The position numbers and the translations under genes were made by a program. Shown here piece after piece: positions 10,464-20,430 of a DNA stretch of 64,000 nt. Every line of letters starts with the position of its first letter. The stretch's first letter is position 1. The notes under the pieces are model-generated. The model saw only the letters and a list, made by a program, of their open reading frames with translations. It was not told the DNA's origin and made no database searches. This DNA is from Gammaproteobacteria bacterium (lineage in GTDB: Bacteria; Pseudomonadota; Gammaproteobacteria; UBA4575). The stretch covers positions 64,001 through 128,000 of the forward strand of contig CBDCTA010000028.1 in the NCBI GenBank assembly GCA_965221955.1, read 5' to 3'.

Positions 10464-12965
10464 TTAAATTCTTGATGCTTTCATCGCTGTAAGCAATAAA
10501 GGGATAATACTAAAAGTGGCAAAAATGGAAATTAACATGGCCAAACATGTAAATAATCCAAAATATATTGATGGAGTGAAATTAGAGAATATAAGTAGTA
10601 CAAAACCAGACGCTATAGTTATCGAAGTAAACCATAGCGCTTTACCTACTGTAAGTTGTGAAGCTGAAATTGATTTGTAGACATCTTTTTTTTGCGCGAA
10701 TTCTTTCCTATAACGATGAATATAGTGAATTGCATCATCCACTCCAATACCTATTGTAATTGCTGCAATAGTTATAGTCATAATGTTTAAAGGTATTTTT
10801 AATAAACCCATTATTCCTAAGACTAGTATGGCTGTAAAAATATTGGGTAATATTGCAATGAATGCATACTTAATATTTCGAAACAAAATCGAAAGCACAA
10901 TAAATATACTTACAAAGACAAACCCAAGTGTAAGAATTTGAGAACGATACAAACTTTGCAATACATTATTATATAGCACACCAATCCCCGTGATATTTAC
11001 ATGTATCCCCATTTTCTCCGGGAAAAGGCTTATTAAATGTTTTTCTATATTATTTAGTAAATCGTTTCGGACCAAACTATGATCTGAATCTTTTAGTCTC
11101 GCAACAATTCTAGCCTGATCCCCTGCTTTTGAAAGATATGGATGTATTAAAATTGGCAAAGTATTTTCGGGTAGTTTTGAATAAATCAATGATAACTGAA
11201 AATCTTCTAGCTCCTTATCTCGCACAATATGTCTAAAGATATTTTCGGTGCTATATAAAGACAATACTTTACCTATTTGAGGTAATGACTCTAAATAAGT
11301 ATGAATTGTTCTGATTTTTTCTATACCTCTTCTATTGTACCAATAGCTTTGCGATGCAAAACCTTCGGAAGATTCATCCAGATCTTCTAAATAATCATCA
11401 AACTCATCTAATTCATCATCTATAAGTTCAGGCTCATCACTTTCTATAGGCGCATCTAAGACAACTTCAATCGGCACTGTTCCGCCTAGCTTTTGATCTA
11501 TAAATGCCAATCCCCTGTGTATCTCAGTAGTTTCTTTAAAGTAATCTATAAACCTATTCTCAACCGTTAGTTTTATTATACCAAGACCACTAATTAATAA
11601 ACTAATCGATAAAATAATTATCACTGTAGCTTTGTTATTTAGAATAAGCGCCAATGATTTTTCTAGAAAATTATGCGAGTAATGCTCATGCAAAGGTTTT
11701 GACTTAGGCTTTAATAACTGAATGAGCAATGGAAGAAAGGTGAAAGAGATCATATATGCTCCACACAAACCAATAACCATAATATAGCCAAATACAATTA
11801 CTGGTTTTATATCGCTTATAATTAAGGACAAAAATGCAATCGTAGAAGTTACCACCATAAATAAACATGGAGTACTAATATGTTCTATTGAAATACACAA
11901 CCTATCTCTAAAACTCGAGATGTTTTGCGATGCATCTTCTTCTTGATATCTAACTACGACATGTATGCTAATTGCTAAAGAAAATATTAATAAAATAGCT
12001 ACATAATTTGATGAGACAACTGTTAACTTATAATCAAGGAGTCCTATTAAACCAGAGACCATCAAAACATTAACAAATGCACTAAAAAGGGTTATCCCAA
12101 CCCAAGCCACATTATGAAATATGACAAATAAAATAATTGCCATCGCTAGAATGGCAACAACACCAAACACTTTTATATCATTTAGTACATAACTCTTCAT
12201 ATCGTGCGCTATCAACGGTGCGCCGCTAATATATGATTCAAATGAGTTCTCATTTGTGTATAAAATATTTCGTATCTTTTTTAATACCGATTTAATACGT
12301 TTATTATCAAGGTCTCTGAGCTGTTCTAGCCTATCATTTATTATTTCGATATCAATTTTGTCTTGTCTAGATTGAAGATTATTCTCTCGCTTCTCTATCA
12401 GTAAATATCGTTGGTCAAAAAGATCCTTATATTCACGCCTTTCTTCAAAATCGAGCTTAAACGCTGCTATTTTCAAATCCTTGCTAACAATATTTCTTTC
12501 ATACAAAGGATTGGTTAAAAACTCATTTTCTACTTTATCAAAATCTATATTTTTAGATGTTAAAAAAGGGAAAAGAATCTCTGTATTTTCATCTTTATTC
12601 GAAGATTGATATATCAACGGCACATTAGAGATACTCGTAACACTTGATATCTCTTCAAGTTCGCCGAATTGTTTCGTTAATTCTTCAATTTTACTTACAG
12701 AGGTGGGAGAGAGAATCGTATCAGCGAGATGAACAGCTACAACCATATAAACATCTGTTCCATACTCGTCATGTATAGAACGGTAAAACTTTAGATCTGG
12801 GTCACTCTCTAGCAATAATGAATCTGGTGATGCATCAATAGTCAGGTATTTTATTGGCCATGACATTAATATCATTACCAAGAACATAAGGACTAGAGAT
12901 AGATAGGGTCGCTTCGTTATAGCATGAACAACATAACTCGCTGAAGTTTCCCAGAGTTTCATCAA
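10464..12965 (-). CDS. MMPL/RND family transporter, copy 1
   Basis: Two periplasmic plus TM repeats, IGIGVDDAIHYIHRY motif. Confidence 0.88.
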   Translation of the reverse strand: MMKLWETSASYVVHAITKRPYLSLVLMFLVMILMSWPIKYLTIDASPDSLLLESDPDLKFYRSIHDEYGTDVYMVVAVHLADTILSPTSVSKIEELTKQFGELEEISSVTSISNVPLIYQSSNKDENTEILFPFLTSKNIDFDKVENEFLTNPLYERNIVSKDLKIAAFKLDFEERREYKDLFDQRYLLIEKRENNLQSRQDKIDIEIINDRLEQLRDLDNKRIKSVLKKIRNILYTNENSFESYISGAPLIAHDMKSYVLNDIKVFGVVAILAMAIILFVIFHNVAWVGITLFSAFVNVLMVSGLIGLLDYKLTVVSSNYVAILLIFSLAISIHVVVRYQEEDASQNISSFRDRLCISIEHISTPCLFMVVTSTIAFLSLIISDIKPVIVFGYIMVIGLCGAYMISFTFLPLLIQLLKPKSKPLHEHYSHNFLEKSLALILNNKATVIIILSISLLISGLGIIKLTVENRFIDYFKETTEIHRGLAFIDQKLGGTVPIEVVLDAPIESDEPELIDDELDEFDDYLEDLDESSEGFASQSYWYNRRGIEKIRTIHTYLESLPQIGKVLSLYSTENIFRHIVRDKELEDFQLSLIYSKLPENTLPILIHPYLSKAGDQARIVARLKDSDHSLVRNDLLNNIEKHLISLFPEKMGIHVNITGIGVLYNNVLQSLYRSQILTLGFVFVSIFIVLSILFRNIKYAFIAILPNIFTAILVLGIMGLLKIPLNIMTITIAAITIGIGVDDAIHYIHRYRKEFAQKKDVYKSISASQLTVGKALWFTSITIASGFVLLIFSNFTPSIYFGLFTCLAMLISIFATFSIIPLLLTAMKASRI

Positions 12966-13127
12966 AATTTTACAATATATCCAGTTCTAGTAATGCATGC
13001 ACAATTACTAATAGATGTTATTAGATATATAAAATAAAGACTTCTAAAGAAGAATTTAATGAGCTGTGTCAAACATACTCTAAGTTTTTATAATTTAAGA
13101 TAAACACTACATTGCGGACCAATAGCC

Positions 13128-15617
13128 TCATGACTCTAGAGGTCTCATGGTAGATAGTAGTAAAGGAATAATACTAAACGTTGCAAAAAGAGCTACTAGC
13201 ATCGCTATACTAGTAAGCATGCCAAAATATATAGAAGGAACAAAATTCGACAAGACCAATATAACAAAGCCCAGTGTTATGGTTATTGAAGTAAAATAAA
13301 GTGCTTTACCAACCGTTGTTTGTGATGTATGTATGGCTTGAAAATTATCTCTATTTTGCGCGAACTCTTTCTTATAGCGGTGTATATAATGGATAGCATA
13401 GTCTACGCCAATTCCTATTGTTATCGCTGCTATAGTTATAGTCATAATATCTAAGGGAATATTTAACACGCCCATTAACCCTAAAATAAATAAAGCTGTG
13501 AATATATTTGGCAATGTGCCTATTACTGCTAGCTTGAAATTACGAAACAAAATAATAAGCATAATAAAAATACATACAAAGACAGTACCAAGTGTCAAAA
13601 TTTGAGAACGAAATAGACTTTGTAAAACATTATTGTAAAGTACACTAATACCTGTTAAGCGCACAGTTTCACCATTTTTTATAAACTCTTCATTTAAGTC
13701 TGCTTTAATCTTATTTAATAAATCGTTACGTATAAGTGTATGATCAGAATCTTTAATGCGCGCTAAAATACGTGCTTGACCACCATCAGTTGACACATAT
13801 GGCGAAATTAGCACCTGTTTTACATTATCTGGAATTTTTGTATAGACAAGAGAGAGATGAAAATCTTCTAGTGGTTCACCCTTATTAATTGTACGAAATA
13901 CTTCTTCTGTACTCGATAAAGACAATACTTTTCCTACTTGAGGCAAACCCTCTAAATATTTATGAATTTTGTTGATTTTTTTAATCCCACTTCTGTTATA
14001 CCAATAACTTTGAGCTGTGAAATCATCTTGAGTGCCTTCTAAATTAGCCAAGTAATCTCCAAATTCTTCATCTTCCTCTGCATCTTCATCCTCTTCTTCC
14101 TGGCTCTCATCGATCTCTAGCATCACTTCTAATGGAACAGTGCCTCCAAGCTCTTGATCTACTAGTTCTAAACCTTGGTATATATCCGTGGTCTTCTTAA
14201 AGTAATCAATAAATCGATTCTCAACAGTTATTTGACTAATACCAATGATATTTAGTACAAACATGCCCACTACAATAGTAATTGTTAGTGCCTTATTTTT
14301 GATTATAACGTTAAGCAGATTTTCTAAAAGTACAGCAGAATTATCTTGTTCGAGTTCTCTCGATTGAGGCTTAATGAGTTTTATCAAAGCGGGTAATACA
14401 GTGAAAGTAAGTAAAAACGCACATATAAGACCAAGAATCATAATATAACCAAATATGATTACTGGATTAATGTCACTTACTATCAAAGAGAAAAATGCAA
14501 TAGCTGAAGTCAAAATCATATAAAAACATGGCGTGATAATTTGTGATAAAGCAATTTTTAGATTTTCGTCTACTGCATTATTTGGCTGTAGTTTTTGAAT
14601 TTCTTGATATCGAATAATTACGTGTATAGACAAAGTAATTGAAAATATAATAAGCAATGCTACAAAATTAGACGATATAATGGTTAATTGAAAACCCAGC
14701 AAGGATGTTAAACCTGCTACTAGCAATACATTTAAAATCGCACAAATAAGCGCCAAAAATATCCAAGCAGGTTTTCTAAAAAATACAAATAACACTAAAA
14801 TCATTATTGATAAAATTGCGACACCAAAGGTTCTAATATCTTTTCCAACAAACACTTTCATATCATTGCCAATCAAAGGAGCACCTGCTAAATAAAATTC
14901 TCCCGCATTATCAGCATTTCCGATTATTTCGCGCACTTCTCGAAGTACATCTGTATATCTTTTATTAATATTCTGTCTTTCTAATAAGATATTAGCTCGA
15001 AGTCTTTCGAGTTCAGAACTGTCTTCTTCAGTTAATTTCTGATTGTTTTGTTTTTCAAGAAATACATATTTATCTTCAAGTAGACCAATCAAGGTTGTAT
15101 TTTTTTGTATATCAATCTTTATTGCAGTAGTGCTTAAATTTTCATCAACAAGATTATTTAAATAGATAGGACTCGTAGTAAACTCTGTCTTGGCTTTATC
15201 AATGTCTACTTGAGACGAAAGCAGGTTAGAAAAACTTGTCTCCCCTGTTTTCTTATCTCTTTGTATTTGAAGCAATAAAGGAACATTACTTAATGATGTT
15301 ACAGAAGATACTCCTTTAATTTTTCTAAATTTTTCAGAAATATCATCAATAAATTTAATTGTAGTGTCTTTTAAAAGTTCATTATTTGGCTTATAACCAA
15401 CAATAATAAATTCGTCGGTACCATAGTGCCGGTGCACTTCACGATAATATTTGAGGTCTGGATCACTCTCTAGCATGAGAGAATCAGGCGATGCATCAAT
15501 ATTTAAGTCTTTTATGTAAACGCTAGATGCTGCAATTAGGGCTAACATGAAAACCAATACCACAATTGGTTTGCGAATAATAAAAGCTGTCATCGCATTA
15601 ATAATATTTTGAAACAT
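13128..15617 (-). CDS. MMPL/RND family transporter, copy 2
   Basis: Paralog of the neighbour: IDASPDSL.LESDPDLK, YNNVLQSL.RSQILTLG, IGIGVDYAIHYIHRY. Confidence 0.88.
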   Translation of the reverse strand: MFQNIINAMTAFIIRKPIVVLVFMLALIAASSVYIKDLNIDASPDSLMLESDPDLKYYREVHRHYGTDEFIIVGYKPNNELLKDTTIKFIDDISEKFRKIKGVSSVTSLSNVPLLLQIQRDKKTGETSFSNLLSSQVDIDKAKTEFTTSPIYLNNLVDENLSTTAIKIDIQKNTTLIGLLEDKYVFLEKQNNQKLTEEDSSELERLRANILLERQNINKRYTDVLREVREIIGNADNAGEFYLAGAPLIGNDMKVFVGKDIRTFGVAILSIMILVLFVFFRKPAWIFLALICAILNVLLVAGLTSLLGFQLTIISSNFVALLIIFSITLSIHVIIRYQEIQKLQPNNAVDENLKIALSQIITPCFYMILTSAIAFFSLIVSDINPVIIFGYIMILGLICAFLLTFTVLPALIKLIKPQSRELEQDNSAVLLENLLNVIIKNKALTITIVVGMFVLNIIGISQITVENRFIDYFKKTTDIYQGLELVDQELGGTVPLEVMLEIDESQEEEDEDAEEDEEFGDYLANLEGTQDDFTAQSYWYNRSGIKKINKIHKYLEGLPQVGKVLSLSSTEEVFRTINKGEPLEDFHLSLVYTKIPDNVKQVLISPYVSTDGGQARILARIKDSDHTLIRNDLLNKIKADLNEEFIKNGETVRLTGISVLYNNVLQSLFRSQILTLGTVFVCIFIMLIILFRNFKLAVIGTLPNIFTALFILGLMGVLNIPLDIMTITIAAITIGIGVDYAIHYIHRYKKEFAQNRDNFQAIHTSQTTVGKALYFTSITITLGFVILVLSNFVPSIYFGMLTSIAMLVALFATFSIIPLLLSTMRPLES

Positions 15618-15657
15618 TTTTAGATTTTTTATTTTTATAAGAAATAATTTAAATCGA

Positions 15658-16254
15658 CTAATTGTGTTCGATTAAATTTTTGAATTCGCTTATCTGTGAT
15701 TTATGTAAAATATGAGGGTTTATTTTAGCCTTTTTTATAAACTTATTAAATTTAGCATCGACACAATTACTACTAGTTAAGCTTTCTATATTCTTTTCTT
15801 CTATTACTTTTTCACTAGATTTAACGAGTATTAAATTTTTCAACTCAAGCTCTTGTGCAAGCCAAACTGCCAAGCTGTCTGATGTTACATTCCATGATTT
15901 TTCTATTTCATTATTATCTCGCAACATCTCATAAGGTTCCCAAATCGCAATCTTTGAATCTTTCCAGGCACTGTAAATTTCTTCTTTCGAGTTTGCCTTG
16001 ATCATGCTTGAACAGAGAGATACCAGCAAAGTGCCGTATTGCTGCATCGCCATTAGTGCCATGTTGTGAGCCTGTTCTTGAGGTAAACTAAATTTCTCAT
16101 CTGCCTGCCTAACCTGATCAGCAAATGGGCCCCCACCAGGAACAATAATTACATTTTTATTTGCAAAATGATCGATTGCTTTCAGCCACTCTACTAGATA
16201 TTTACTCCCATACAAACTACCCCCTATTTTTATTCCCCAAGCATCCATGAACAC
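15658..16254 (-). CDS. Amino-acid-kinase family protein (Orf21, MfnE-like methanofuran kinase)
   Basis: IKIGGSL, IVPGGGPFADQVR, SWNVTSDS, LVKS. Confidence 0.82.
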   Translation of the reverse strand: MFMDAWGIKIGGSLYGSKYLVEWLKAIDHFANKNVIIVPGGGPFADQVRQADEKFSLPQEQAHNMALMAMQQYGTLLVSLCSSMIKANSKEEIYSAWKDSKIAIWEPYEMLRDNNEIEKSWNVTSDSLAVWLAQELELKNLILVKSSEKVIEEKNIESLTSSNCVDAKFNKFIKKAKINPHILHKSQISEFKNLIEHN

Positions 16255-16255
16255 A

Positions 16256-17662
16256 TTACTCAGTAGTTTGAGCGTACCGTCTATCCTGACTCAGCACTTG
16301 CATCATAGCCGCCGCTTTATCGAAGGTTTCTTGATATTCTGAACTGACCTCAGAATCATGCACAATCCCACCGCCTGCATAAAAATACATCTGCTGCTGT
16401 TGATGTAAAATAGTACGAATAGCAATATTTGTATCCATATAACCATTATTGCTGATATAACCAATTGCCCCACAATAAACACCTCGTCTATGTGGTTCCA
16501 ACTCTTCAATAACCTCCATAGCACGCAACTTCGGCGCACCCGTAATCGAGCCCCCAGGGAAACTGCCACGCAAAAGATCAATAGCATTACGATTTTGCTC
16601 TAATTTTCCTGTAATCGTACTCACCATATGATGCACGTTTGGAAAACTTTCAATATCAAATAATTTAGGTACTTTTACTGAACCCAAAGCACAATTTTTA
16701 CTAATATCATTCCGCAACAAATCAACAATCATTACATTTTCAGCTTGATCTTTTTTACTGTTTTTAAGTTCTTGCAACAAAACATCATCTTTAGTTTGTT
16801 CCTTGGAACGCGGACGTGTTCCCTTAATCGGCTTAGTTTGCACAATTTTATCTTTTACTGAAAGAAATCTTTCAGGCGAATTACTGAGAATTTGAAATTC
16901 CGGATAATTTAAGTAAGCACTAAATGGTGATGGATTAATTGTTCTCAACATGCAGTACGCCAACCAAGGATCTCCTTCGACTACAGCACTGAAACGCTGA
17001 GCAAGATTTACCTGGTAACAATCACCCTCTTTAATATAATTTTTGATCTTATTAAATGCTTCAGCATAAAAAGACTCTGTCATATTTGAGCGCACTTCGC
17101 TCAAAACATTAAATTCTTGTCGAGTTTTCAGAAAGTTTACATTATCAGTAGCATATTGAACTAAATCATCCCAGTCTCGCTGCAGACGCAGATCACTTTT
17201 ATCTCCAACAATAAAAGTTTTTTTCTCAGCATGATCAACAATGATTGCCCATGAGTAAATTCCAACCTTCATATCTGCTAACTGCAAATCGTCCACTGCA
17301 GTTTCAGGTATTTTCTCGATACTTCGGCCTAAATCATAACTAAAATAACCTAAAGCTCCACCTACAAATGGTAACTTGTGATCTGTATTATTTCCGCCTA
17401 GATCTAAAGGAAGATAGTCTTTAAGGATTGCAAATGGATCCCCGGGGACAGTTAAAGAATCAGAACTCGAATCTATTTTATTTATTCTATCGCGGCTAGT
17501 AATACAAACTTTTGGGCGCGACGAAATAATATCATATCGGCCATGAATACTATTAGGTTGATTGCTGTCTAAAAATATCGACCAAGGCTCATCAGCAAAT
17601 TTATCAAACAACAAACTACTGTCAGCTTGATATGGGATTTCAACTAATAAATAGTCACTCAT
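16256..17662 (-). CDS. pabB: Aminodeoxychorismate synthase component I
   Basis: GDCYQVNLAQRF, SPERF, TKPIKGTRPR (PIKGT), FPGGSITGAPK. Confidence 0.93.
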   Translation of the reverse strand: MSDYLLVEIPYQADSSLLFDKFADEPWSIFLDSNQPNSIHGRYDIISSRPKVCITSRDRINKIDSSSDSLTVPGDPFAILKDYLPLDLGGNNTDHKLPFVGGALGYFSYDLGRSIEKIPETAVDDLQLADMKVGIYSWAIIVDHAEKKTFIVGDKSDLRLQRDWDDLVQYATDNVNFLKTRQEFNVLSEVRSNMTESFYAEAFNKIKNYIKEGDCYQVNLAQRFSAVVEGDPWLAYCMLRTINPSPFSAYLNYPEFQILSNSPERFLSVKDKIVQTKPIKGTRPRSKEQTKDDVLLQELKNSKKDQAENVMIVDLLRNDISKNCALGSVKVPKLFDIESFPNVHHMVSTITGKLEQNRNAIDLLRGSFPGGSITGAPKLRAMEVIEELEPHRRGVYCGAIGYISNNGYMDTNIAIRTILHQQQQMYFYAGGGIVHDSEVSSEYQETFDKAAAMMQVLSQDRRYAQTTE

Positions 17663-17675
17663 GAAATCACTCGCA

Positions 17676-18725
17676 TTAACTGTTCATCGCTAGACATGCA
17701 ACAGCCGCCGCAGGCCCACAATCACCAACCCCAAATCCTTCACCGTCAGAATCGATAGTAAAAAGACTTTCATAATCAACATATTCACGTCCAAGTTGCG
17801 AAGCGACATCTTTCACCAAGAAACGCCCAACCCCTGCTCCTACTACAGGTGCATCAAGAGATATTTGTTTTTGCATAAGCTGATGACGACATGCATCTTT
17901 AATCATCTGTACTTGCATGCTGCGCACTTGCTTTGCGACTGCATTCCAAATATCTAATTCAGATGAATCTGCATCATTAGCAAACATTCTGGCAAGTCGC
18001 TTAACACTGCTCAGGCAATCTTTTGCACGACTATCCAGTGTTTCACCTACATCTACATATTCTTCTAATTCACCTGTTATACGATAAACATCCGCAGTAT
18101 TAGAAAAATACTCATTAATTACAGGCACGCTTTGTGTTTTAACAATCGCACTTTTACAAATGGCAAAAATGGGGGTCCTAACCACACCACAATAAACAAG
18201 TTCTTTTGCAATAAGCCTTTGCTCATCTGTATAGCCATTGTAAATTACTTTACCATCTTTAATAGGAATAATATCTGTTGTAGTACTACCAATGTCTATA
18301 AACAAAGCATGTTGAAGTTTTTCAGCTGTGTAACAAGCACTGGCTAACCAGTTCGCAGAAGCTACTTTTTTATATTCAACGATAGCTCGTTCAGCATTTA
18401 TGAAACCTAGCTCACCGGCATAGTAGAACACTTTATCTTCAGATAGTTTTGCGTTTAATTCATTAATGATAGAAATTGTACCCTGCTCACGGTTTTCGAA
18501 GTAGTCAACTAATTCTCCCGTCATCGTGACTGCATGTTTACTATGAGATAAATTTATTCTTTCATGAACAGTTTCAATACACATTCTTAGTTTATCTATA
18601 CCTTTCCATAAAGGGCATGCAAGCTGAAGAACTTCTATAATCGCTTGCTTATTTGCTCGCACAATTTTTACATGCGCACCACCTATATCCCAGCCAACCA
18701 TATTTTGCGTATTATTAAGCGACAC
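17676..18725 (-). CDS. Hydantoinase/oxoprolinase-family H4MPT-linked protein (Orf9, MfnF-like)
   Basis: GWDIGGAHVK, TMTGEL.D.F, ASANW, DIGSTTTD, GVVRTP. Confidence 0.87.
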   Translation of the reverse strand: MSLNNTQNMVGWDIGGAHVKIVRANKQAIIEVLQLACPLWKGIDKLRMCIETVHERINLSHSKHAVTMTGELVDYFENREQGTISIINELNAKLSEDKVFYYAGELGFINAERAIVEYKKVASANWLASACYTAEKLQHALFIDIGSTTTDIIPIKDGKVIYNGYTDEQRLIAKELVYCGVVRTPIFAICKSAIVKTQSVPVINEYFSNTADVYRITGELEEYVDVGETLDSRAKDCLSSVKRLARMFANDADSSELDIWNAVAKQVRSMQVQMIKDACRHQLMQKQISLDAPVVGAGVGRFLVKDVASQLGREYVDYESLFTIDSDGEGFGVGDCGPAAAVACLAMNS

Positions 18726-19710
18726 GCTCTTCTCTTACATCTACAATAACGCTACTGCCACTTTTTAATTCAATATTCGGCAATCTTTTATTCATAAACG
18801 TTTTCAAAATAAGCTCTGCTGGATTACAACCTAAAGCTGAATGAAGTCCGGCATAAGATGTAGTCAACCTTGGGTTGATTTCAACCAGAAACGTTTCATC
18901 TTCAGTAATTAAGATGTCGATACCTACATAGCCCCTCAAACCTGGTAAGGCTTTTACAAGCTGATTACTAAAGCCGATAAATTGTTCTCGTTGCAAGCTA
19001 TTTACTACACATTGATTTAATTCAAAGTAATTATTTTCTTTGGCTAATATCTGTTTATTTGCACAAAGCAAAATACATTCCCCTTCCCAACATAACAAAC
19101 TTAAACTTGCATTCAATCCTGTTAAATATGGTTGAGCTAGATAATTTTTTTTCTCAGATTGGTTAATATATTTATCAGGATCATCTGCTTGATCTAGCAA
19201 ATGCAGATTCTCACAGCCCACCCCACTTCTAGGCTTAATCATGATCTTATCGGCTTGGATAGAAGATATATCTTCTAAGCTAAAACTAGGAACCTGCGCA
19301 ATATTATGTATTTGCAAAAATTTATAGGTTTTCAACTTATCACTAGTTAAAGAGATGCTGTCTAAAGAACTATTTAAAAGTAAAAATTCTCGTTGGGAAT
19401 ACTTCCTACATAAGTCAGTTAAAATATTGTCAGACTCAGGCGCAATAATTAATAAGGCATCAATTTCATGTGCAATATTTTCTATTATTTGTTCTACATT
19501 TAACTCGGTGCTCACAATATATTCATGAATATTCTGCTCACTACTTGCAAGTCGACAATCTTTCAGAGCGCTTACTTGTATATTTTCAATTTTTGCAAAA
19601 TCATCTGTTATAGCATTTAGCATTAACTCGCCCTCTTTCACCAAAGAAGCCGGCAATGGCTCACCTAACATACCACCACCAGTGATATACTCAAAAATTA
19701 AAATGTTCAT
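18715..19710 (-). CDS. ATP-grasp ligase (Orf1, MfnD-like tyramine-glutamate ligase)
   Basis: MNILIFEYITGGG, EGELML, IIAPE, GYVGID, EINPRLTTSY; start moved to the ATG at 19710. Confidence 0.85.
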   Translation of the reverse strand: MNILIFEYITGGGMLGEPLPASLVKEGELMLNAITDDFAKIENIQVSALKDCRLASSEQNIHEYIVSTELNVEQIIENIAHEIDALLIIAPESDNILTDLCRKYSQREFLLLNSSLDSISLTSDKLKTYKFLQIHNIAQVPSFSLEDISSIQADKIMIKPRSGVGCENLHLLDQADDPDKYINQSEKKNYLAQPYLTGLNASLSLLCWEGECILLCANKQILAKENNYFELNQCVVNSLQREQFIGFSNQLVKALPGLRGYVGIDILITEDETFLVEINPRLTTSYAGLHSALGCNPAELILKTFMNKRLPNIELKSGSSVIVDVREERVA

Positions 19711-19719
19711 AATATACAA

Positions 19720-20430
19720 ATGAAGATAATTCCCGTTATAGACCTCTATAAAGGTCTTGTCGTTCATGCTGTAGCAGGAAATAGAAAAAATTATAAAACA
19801 ATTGACTCCAAGATTTGCTCATCAGCAAATCCATTTGATGTAGTAGAGGGCTATTTAGACTTATTTAGTTTCAAATCAATATATATCGCTGACTTAGATG
19901 CTCTTGAGCAACAAGGTGACAATACGAAAATCATTAAATTATTATGTAATAAGTATCCTAATATAGAAGTATGGTTAGATTGTGGAACATCAACAGAAAA
20001 ATATTTACAACAAGAAATCTACAACAACTTACGTTTAATTTTATCCTCTGAATCAATTACCACTACATCAGTCTTCACCACTTTACTTGATCAATATTCT
20101 GAGCATCGTTTTATTTTATCTTTAGACTACAAAGCTAACGAATTACTCGGAACGAATGACTTATTTAATACTAAAAAATACTGGCCCAAAGATCTAATTG
20201 TACTAAATTTAAATAATGTTGGTGTTAAGCAAGGGTTCAAATACCCACTTCAACTTAAGCAGCACAACCTTATTAACGATTTTAATGTTTATTATGGTGG
20301 CGGAATTCGAAATACAGACGATATTGAAAAGTTAGCTTCAATTGGGTTTTCAGGCGCACTTATTTCGACTGCTTTGCATTCTCAAACCATCTCAAGCACT
20401 GAAATCCTTTCTCTCAACCAATTACTTTAA
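19720..20430 (+). CDS. HisA/HisF-related TIM barrel protein (Orf17)
   Basis: MKIIPVIDL..G.VVHA..G.R..Y, YIADLDA, WLDCG, GGGIR, STALH. Confidence 0.87.
   Translation: MKIIPVIDLYKGLVVHAVAGNRKNYKTIDSKICSSANPFDVVEGYLDLFSFKSIYIADLDALEQQGDNTKIIKLLCNKYPNIEVWLDCGTSTEKYLQQEIYNNLRLILSSESITTTSVFTTLLDQYSEHRFILSLDYKANELLGTNDLFNTKKYWPKDLIVLNLNNVGVKQGFKYPLQLKQHNLINDFNVYYGGGIRNTDDIEKLASIGFSGALISTALHSQTISSTEILSLNQLL

Noticed and set aside
19711-19767. N-terminal extension of the ATP-grasp ORF to 19767
   Set aside because: Overlaps orf17 head-to-head; the family-typical start MNILIFEY is at 19710.
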